A stretch of 63,154 nt of DNA, filler included, from Trichomonas gallinae (lineage: Eukaryota), in the NCBI GenBank assembly GCA_008369845.1. It is 7 parts of 7 records of this genome, joined end to end, with 100 filler letters (N's around TTAATTAATTAA, not from the genome) between each part and the next. Parts side by side here need not be neighbours in the genome. Positions count along the whole stretch, not along the records: positions 55,177 to 61,195 come from MRSU01000047.1; positions 61,296 to 63,154 come from MRSU01000055.1; 5 more parts are not named here. One strand, given 5' to 3'. The notes under the pieces were generated by a model. It did not search any database and was not told the DNA's origin. It worked only from the letters and a program-made list of their open reading frames with translations. Position numbers and translations under genes: made by a program. Positions 56,223 through 63,154 of the stretch are shown one piece after another. Positions within the stretch are counted from its first letter, which is position 1; each line of letters opens with the position of its first letter.

Positions 56223-56274
56223 AAAAATATACAGCCACTTTTTGAGCGAAGCTCAAAAAGTGGCGTATATTTTT
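56223..56274 (+). repeat. Palindrome closed by a GCGAAGC mini-hairpin
   Basis: GCCACTTTTTGAGC-GAA-GCTCAAAAAGTGGC (14 bp) plus 10 bp after a 1-nt bulge. Confidence 0.9.
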
Positions 56275-56364
56275 TAAATATATTGAAATAAATTTTTTAC
56301 TGTAAAAATCAGATTTCAATCAAAATCACGGTTTTGTAAATTATTCAACAAAAAAAATGTCAAA

Positions 56365-56907
56365 ATGTTTTTCCTTTTTGCTTTTTCTCGTTCATCGATT
56401 GAAGATGATATCATTTCTGAGCTTAAATCCATCCGCTCATCTCTGAACGAAATCCGTGACATTCTCGAAATTCCACAGACTGGAAAACAAGCAAGTAACG
56501 ATTATATTCCAAGATATACTCATTCAGTGGTGAGATCTCTATACACTCCTTCAGAATCCGAAAAACTTCCTTTTACACGGTGGTGGCCTGTAATAACAGT
56601 GCAATATGATGAACTCTTCGATGAAGATGAGATAGTTGAAGAAACTAACGAAGAAATAGATACTGAAGTCGAAACACCAGCTGTCAATAGCCATGCATCC
56701 AAATACGGTATTGGCTATCCTCATCCATCTCATGGTTATAGGAGATCTTTTTGGTTGATCAACAAAAATGACAAAGAAATAGAAAACGAAGCCTTAAAGT
56801 CAGATTATAAAATTATTCCTCCACCATCTTTTAAAATTCTTCCTATACATTGCAAAGATCCAAACCCAATAAAGTCGAAATCGACTAAAAGAGAAAATTT
56901 TGGATAA
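56365..56907 (+). CDS. Probable secreted protein with alternating acidic and basic/aromatic blocks
   Basis: Short hydrophobic leader MFFLFAFSRS; 180-aa ORF. Confidence 0.75.
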   Translation: MFFLFAFSRSSIEDDIISELKSIRSSLNEIRDILEIPQTGKQASNDYIPRYTHSVVRSLYTPSESEKLPFTRWWPVITVQYDELFDEDEIVEETNEEIDTEVETPAVNSHASKYGIGYPHPSHGYRRSFWLINKNDKEIENEALKSDYKIIPPPSFKILPIHCKDPNPIKSKSTKRENFG

Positions 56908-57679
56908 TTATTTTTTTTTATTTTAATTATTGTATTTGGTTTGTGCTTCTGGAGATTTTAACACTGAGAAATGTTACTTCTCCTTGATAAAGACTTAATG
57001 AGCAAATATCATTTTTTAGGAAAAATTCAAAATTTTCTCTAGCAATATGAATAGAAAAAAATGCATTGAATAAGGTTAAAAATTGAGAGACCTTCTATCG
57101 CCTGGTGTGCATACCCTTAAAATATCTCATCTACGTTATCATTTATATGCTTTTAATCAAAGTAGATTCAAAAAATAATTGAATTATTGCAACAGGAATT
57201 TGTCATGTGGTATGTCGTATGTTTAAACTTTTAAACATTTATTTGCAACAGGAATATTTGATGACTTGAACAGTTTTAACTTAAAACTTTTAAGTTAGCT
57301 AATGACTAATTTTCTTCTGTAAATTATATAATGGTATGAATATGAGAGATTCACAGGAAAATTTAATCAATTTGATTTAAATCTAGAAGCACCAGAGTCA
57401 TAAAATAAATAAGATATGTGTAAACTATATGGATCTTATTGAAATATTTCAAAAGTTTGTATTATTTTGTTTCAACAAGCATATTATGAGGTCATTAGAC
57501 CGTAAAACACAAAATATTCATCCCAAAATGCTCTGTTTGTGCTCAATAAACTTTTTGGTGTAAAGAAAATTAAGGTTAATTTACATTTACATTTTTCGAT
57601 TTAAGATCATAAAACATGTATATTGATGATTATTTACATATTTATCTAAATTGAATGAACTCGGTCAAATTGCAAAAAA

Positions 57680-58798
57680 ATGAGTATTAAATCACAAATC
57701 GCTTCTCTTGCAGACAAAATAAATAAAGGGAAACCGACATCTCTCATTATAGACGCAATGGCTGCAAACATCAGTGAGTACACTAAAGAACCAACGTTTT
57801 TCGATCTACCTTTCGACGTTATCTCCTTAGTTCTCTCCAAAGTTACATCAGTTATTGTATTTTCAACTGCAACTAACATATTATCGAAATCAGCTCAAAA
57901 ATATGGTAAAAAAGCAATATCATTACTTCAATACATTGATTGCGGCAATATTGGATATGAATATGCATGTAACCTAGTAAAATGTCTTGAAGATTGCCCA
58001 ATTATACGCGAATTAGTGCAAAAAAACAAAATATCAAATCCAATACCGAGAATGTCAACCGCAAACATACCATTGCCATCGAATAGATCTCGAAGAAATT
58101 CATTAACACCTACAGTTCCAGTGATTAAACGAGAAAGTGAGTCAACTGTTCCTTCAGAAGAAATAAATGCATTGAAAAGATCGAATATTTCAGTTCTCAG
58201 CGAATTGGAAAACTTTATTGACAAAATAGAAACACATTCACCAGCATCACCACACAAATCAGCCAAAAGAATCCGAAGAGTTACCTCAGATTCTTTAATC
58301 ATACATAAAGGACCATCATCTGATGACTTGACCGACATATTCCAAGCTATCATGGAAAATAATTATACCCTCGTTAAATCCATCATCCAAAAAGACAGAT
58401 CGGAAACTAATCACAGAAATAATGATAATAACTACCCATTACACATCGCCGCCAAGTACGGCAATCTCAAAATATGCGAGCTACTGGTCCAGTCAGGTGC
58501 TGATATCAACCAGAAGGGCTACAGCTTCCTCACGCCCATTCATTACGCTGCTGACTTCGATTTTCCTGAAGTATTAAATTATTTTATAAACAAAGGTGCT
58601 AATATTGAAGCAAAAAGCGGCTGGGGAGATACACCATTGCATAAGGCATCAGAACAAGGAAATGCTGAATGCGTACGTTTACTTTTAGCTGCAGGTGCAA
58701 ATCCAAATGCAAAGAACTTGAAAAGTGAGACTGCATTTGGTATTGCTAAAGATCCTAGCATACAACAGATGCTTTTGCAAAATGGAGCAAAGAAATAG
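57680..58798 (+). CDS. Ankyrin-repeat protein with trichomonad-type N-terminal domain
   Basis: PLHIAAKYGN, TPIHYAA and GDTPLHKASEQGN repeats; N-terminal FFDLPFD. Confidence 0.88.
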   Translation: MSIKSQIASLADKINKGKPTSLIIDAMAANISEYTKEPTFFDLPFDVISLVLSKVTSVIVFSTATNILSKSAQKYGKKAISLLQYIDCGNIGYEYACNLVKCLEDCPIIRELVQKNKISNPIPRMSTANIPLPSNRSRRNSLTPTVPVIKRESESTVPSEEINALKRSNISVLSELENFIDKIETHSPASPHKSAKRIRRVTSDSLIIHKGPSSDDLTDIFQAIMENNYTLVKSIIQKDRSETNHRNNDNNYPLHIAAKYGNLKICELLVQSGADINQKGYSFLTPIHYAADFDFPEVLNYFINKGANIEAKSGWGDTPLHKASEQGNAECVRLLLAAGANPNAKNLKSETAFGIAKDPSIQQMLLQNGAKK

Positions 58799-59251
58799 GC
58801 GAGAATATTTTTTTTCCTAATTTTGTTCATGTGATATTAAAGTTTTTATCATTTATTTTAGATTGAAAAGATCTATTTGTTTCTAATGCAATTCAAGTAT
58901 GACTAGAATTCATAGAATTTTGCGATGAATATTGAAAAATTTCGTTTTTTTATTGTTTAAGCATTTGATACATCGGAAAAGTAATATATACTAGTATATG
59001 AGAATTATCCATACGTACAAATCAGAAATCATCTTATTGCAAATGCAATTTTATTTTTTCATATTGGTGTGAACATTAAAGTGAGAAGGCACTAATAATA
59101 CTCACAAAAAATCCAAATATATATAGACATTATGCGTATTTGCATTAATTATTTTTCATTGTTTATAAGTTGTAAACAGGTAAAGATATGTTATGTAATA
59201 AGATAGAATGTAAAATTTACTAACAATTTGTACTAATTTAAAAAGGATATC

Positions 59252-59509
59252 TCAATTCAATTGTGATAAGGCCTTTTTAAGGAGCTGTAGACGTGGAGCG
59301 TAGAATAGTTTGAATGTATGCTGAACTCTTGGTGTAATACTATAAGCAAGATCACCAGAAATATGCATTCTGCAATTTTTGATCGCGTCATTAAACTTTT
59401 TCTTGATCACAACCTTCTCACTATCTTGGCATGAGTCATACTCCTTTATCATACTCTGGACCTCATCCCTGAACATGACAAAGTCTTCGTCATAAACACG
59501 GCGATGCAT
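59252..59509 (-). CDS. Small hypothetical protein (85 aa)
   Basis: ATG 59509 (MHRRVYDEDF) follows Inr TCACTTTTTT. Confidence 0.6.
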   Translation of the reverse strand: MHRRVYDEDFVMFRDEVQSMIKEYDSCQDSEKVVIKKKFNDAIKNCRMHISGDLAYSITPRVQHTFKLFYAPRLQLLKKALSQLN

Positions 59510-61037
59510 GTAGGAAAAAAAGTGAAAGATAAATGGGCTTTTGAGAGAACTCACTCAATTCTTTCCTATCGCACAAAATCATTTGTTAATTTTTAACTAT
59601 AATATACAGGTAATACATTATGTATTAAAATTTTTGAGAACAAATTTATTTTTTTGAATATGTAGAGATTTTGCTCTCAAATTAAATATAATACTTTAAA
59701 TGCTATATTATTTTTAAAATTAACAAAATTGACCGCATGTCAAACTTTATGACCGTTAAGATTTTGAATGTAGGATTGATTTAAATCTCAATTTTTATCC
59801 TTATTGGTTTAGATTATATTGTTTAGCAATTTGTTATTCATTTTTTGGAGAAAATTAATAGCGAAACTGTACAATCGGAAATATTGATTGCTATATAGTA
59901 CCAGATCTTAAGTATTTAATAAAAGTGAATGATTTAACAAGAAGAAATTTCAATAAATATTTTTCAACCTTTTGAAAATCATAAAATATTACTAAACACT
60001 TTGTATAACAAAAATATGCAATTGTTTCAAACTCTTATGATTTTAAGGGGCATAAAAATTTCAACAGGGAGCGAATTTAATTTTTCAATATATTAATTTA
60101 TAGCGTTTAATAAATATGCTGACATAAAAAAGTAATTCAGTTATTTCTCTCAAAAAAGCAATCAAATTGAAAAAAAGTTTGAAACTAAATTGATTTGTTT
60201 AAAATTCTTGCCATATCTGATTCAATTCGCAAATAACTTTCATATTAGCATATATACTCCAAAGACTTCTTATATATTGAGTTTGCAGCGAATTCTTCGG
60301 ACCACTTGGATTCTCCAAATTTGCTCCTTTACATAATAATAAAATACTTTGTGTGTAGCTTTTTTTACATATGATAATATATATTCTAAGCTTAAAACTG
60401 AGTTATCTATTGTTTTTGGGTACGATTGCCACTAAATCTTGCTATAATCGCGTGTTTAAGCTTCATATTCATGATCAACAATGAACAATAATTTTATAGT
60501 TTATCATTTAGTGATAACACTATGATTTATCCAATATTTGTGACTTATTTGATGCGAATCCAACAATCACATAAATGAAGATTTTGAATATTTAAAATCA
60601 TTTCAATGTCTTAATGTGATCATTGACACAACTTAATATCCCTCTATTATTAGATTGTTTCGGAAAATGCTCCGTAACAACTTCAATCTCATTATTTGTT
60701 CTCTATCCTTCCGATTTAATCCAAAACATGAATATACTGCATATTGTTATGTTATCCATTTAAAGAATTATCACTTATATTATCTGATATCACACTAATT
60801 GTAATAGAAAACCACGTGTTTTGCATATTAAGACCTATTGCCAATTTATAGTATAATTGTAAATACATAGCATGTAGTTCTCACTGATAAAACTCATAAT
60901 GGGTCTAGTTTACTGATATTTTTAAGTGTTTTGTTGAAAATGAGTGTAAAATATAAATCTAAATTGACTGCAGATGTCAATATATATATATATAAAATTG
61001 GAAAGAGAAAAATTAAAATTTTGACAAATAAATTTGC

Positions 61038-61113
61038 AAAATGTTATACTCTTATTCGGTTTTCTCGCTCGCTTGCGCTCGCTTCGAAAACCGAATAAGA
61101 GTATATACATTTT
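61038..61113 (-). repeat. Palindrome with GAGC/GAAGC-rich loop
   Basis: TATACTCTTATTCGGTTTTC-TCGCTCGCTTGCGCTCGCTTC-GAAAACCGAATAAGAGTATA: 20-bp perfect stem plus extension. Confidence 0.9.
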
Positions 61114-61116
61114 AGC

Positions 61117-61195
61117 TAGGGATGCAAATTTGGAAATAATCCTGGGATTTTCCAGGATCCATTTTTTAAAACTTCTTGGTCGGATAAAATTTTGA
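61117..61195. mobile_element. Left end of a longer member of the TAGGGATGC MITE family, truncated by the contig end
   Basis: TAGGGATGCAAATTTGGAAATAATCCTGGGATTT is identical to the start of 28128-28201. Confidence 0.75.
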
Positions 61196-61295
61196 NNNNN
61201 NNNNNNNNNNNNNNNNNNNNNNNNNNNNNNNNNNNNNNNTTAATTAATTAANNNNNNNNNNNNNNNNNNNNNNNNNNNNNNNNNNNNNNNNNNNN
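61196..61295. other. Artificial contig linker
   Basis: N44-TTAATTAATTAA-N44. Confidence 0.97.
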
Positions 61296-61915
61296 GCATT
61301 GGGAAAGGTGAGGGCTCAATCGCCCAATAAACGCATTTTTTGTAAAATTTGTAAACTATTCAAAGGTACCCCCTTTTTTAAGTATTTATAAATCGTTTTA
61401 GAAATACCAACCCTTTTAATCGTCATAAAATCCCTCTTTTTTAAAAAAGGAAAACAATGAGTTTCGAAATTAAATTAATATTTATCGCTGAATACTCAAT
61501 TATACAGAATGATCATACTTATTCAGATGCAGGTCAGAGTACTCTATGGGATTACAACAGGAAGTTCCCAAAAGAGTATTCCTGTGGTGCAATAGAGTCA
61601 CTTGAATGACACCGATTTTAACCTCATTTCTACCTCTAAAAAATGAACGTGAAAACGATTTTTGAACAGATATATGTTATATTTGATTAATTTAAATTCA
61701 GAGGCCAATTTTGAATTCGACTTTTCATTCTTTTGAAAAGTCTAGAAATTGAAAATTTTTAAATATCCATATCTAATGATAATGAATAAGAATTACGATA
61801 AAATATAACATGAACGTTAAGATCAAAAAATCATTGTACACATAAAATATAACATTAGTGCCCGTAGTAAAACCAGAGTCTCACTTTGATTTATTCAAAT
61901 TTGTAAAGCCTGTAA

Positions 61916-63154
61916 ATGCTTTGTTTCCTCTTCTATTTCTCTGCATCAGCGACTGGCGAACAACCACTACCAGATGATGAGATGAAGTCTGGGCTTCCAT
62001 CATTTCAATCAACTGATGATAAAAGTTTAGAAAAATTTTTTAATAATTCAGATATAGTAACTCAATTCCCAGAAACCGATATACATATAGATGATCGAAT
62101 TGAATATTACTTTAGTCATGTAACATTAAGAAAAAATACTATCTTTAAAGATATCATAGCTCTTGGCGGAGGGATGGCACCTGGTATTGGTGGTGCAATA
62201 TATGTTTTTTATTCCAATCTCCAAGCCACTAGTTCAACAGTTTTCGAAAACAATACTGCATCTCGCGGTGGAGCTTTGGCTATTATTGAATCAGCTGCAT
62301 ATTTGAAAAGTACATGTTTTATCAATAATACAGCTTTGCGCGACGGTGGTTCAATTTTTGTTTCGGGATTTATGAAAAGTAAAACGGAAATAGATAAAGA
62401 TTACTCATTGCTACTTGAAAACTGTACTTTTATAAGCAACTCAGCATATGGATGCGGTGGAGCTATCTATTCTCAATTAATTTCTTCATTCGTAATTATT
62501 GAAAGCAATTTTTCAAGTAATATGGCGTCATTTAATGGTGGAGCTATATATTGCGAAAATATCACATCGATTCAAATAGATTTATCAATTTTCGTTGATA
62601 ATTTATTACACTTATCAAAAATTCAAAATTATACAATTACTGCAACATCATCACAATTTTACAGCAATTCAAGCCTAACTTATATCAATCCTAATAGGAA
62701 AAGAGGAGGTGGAGCTATTTACGCTAAATCAAGTTTTAATTCAAATATGGTCACCAATGACTGCTGCTTCGCCAATAATAGTGCTAAAGTTTATCCATCT
62801 GATTCAGCATCAAATGGAAGATTTGGGCACGAAATTTTAATAGCTGGCAAGGTTCATTATGTTTCAATAGCAGATTTTATTTCCTCAAAACTATACAGCA
62901 AAGATCTTCTTGTTAATAATTTTGGCAGTGAATCAACAGTTTTAATCCAACATATTGATCACGAAGCTACAAAAGGATGCTATGAATATCTGCCCATAGA
63001 AAATCAGAGTGTCATTGATTTAAATATTTCATTTGCAAATACTAGTTTTACCACATCCATGCATACATCAAATGTTCCAGAACCTACCACTTATACGTAT
63101 GCTGCTACACCAATAACACAAATATACATTAATAAAAACAATGCCAAAAATCCT
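61916..63154 (+). CDS. Pmp-like (GGAI/FxxN repeat) surface protein, 3' truncated by the window end
   Basis: ATG 61916 with leader MLCFLFYFSASA and six GGA(I/L)/GGSI motifs, mostly preceded by FxxN (FENN, FINN, FISN, FSSN). It is missing from the ORF track because there is no stop within the window. Confidence 0.85.
   Translation, partial: MLCFLFYFSASATGEQPLPDDEMKSGLPSFQSTDDKSLEKFFNNSDIVTQFPETDIHIDDRIEYYFSHVTLRKNTIFKDIIALGGGMAPGIGGAIYVFYSNLQATSSTVFENNTASRGGALAIIESAAYLKSTCFINNTALRDGGSIFVSGFMKSKTEIDKDYSLLLENCTFISNSAYGCGGAIYSQLISSFVIIESNFSSNMASFNGGAIYCENITSIQIDLSIFVDNLLHLSKIQNYTITATSSQFYSNSSLTYINPNRKRGGGAIYAKSSFNSNMVTNDCCFANNSAKVYPSDSASNGRFGHEILIAGKVHYVSIADFISSKLYSKDLLVNNFGSESTVLIQHIDHEATKGCYEYLPIENQSVIDLNISFANTSFTTSMHTSNVPEPTTYTYAATPITQIYINKNNAKNP

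Noticed and set aside
61113..61120. CTAG after a hairpin as a Helitron 3' end
   Set aside because: The TAG is the first three bases of the MITE, and the other three hairpins lack a consistently placed CTRR.
17635..61295. Six regularly structured N-TTAATTAATTAA-N blocks that look like a repeat family
   Set aside because: Identical 100-bp six-frame-stop linkers added when contigs were concatenated. Adjacency across them carries no meaning.

Overview
AT-rich, nearly intron-free eukaryotic DNA from a trichomonad (Parabasalia, Trichomonas-like). The assignment rests on TCAY-T-rich initiators and CCTTT (M5) elements just before start codons, BspA- and Pmp-like surface proteins, a transmembrane PAS-nucleotide cyclase, ankyrin proteins and a bacterial-type tryptophanase. 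The window is not contiguous: seven contigs are joined by six artificial 100-bp linkers (N44-TTAATTAATTAA-N44). About 30 genes or gene fragments are recognisable, including eIF4A, a PARP, LRRC6, a Rab, a MATE transporter, tnaA, BLOC1S1, an M20 peptidase, a methyltransferase, RPL5 (partial), an S1/P1 nuclease, Vps45, a flavodoxin-fold reductase and a C2 protein. Several MITEs and pseudogenes are also present. Four signals stand out. (1) An ankyrin gene is interrupted twice, at the same repeat position, by 17-nt AT-rich cassettes starting ATTCAT; they lack GT-AG and each carries a correctly phased -1 slippery heptamer. (2) Four intergenic palindromes have unrelated stems but share GCGAAGC-type loops. 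(3) Two adjacent genes look like secreted multi-peptide precursors. (4) Phased arrays of a TTTACRTGWCAAA motif lie upstream of many genes. All calls were made by eye, without database searches.
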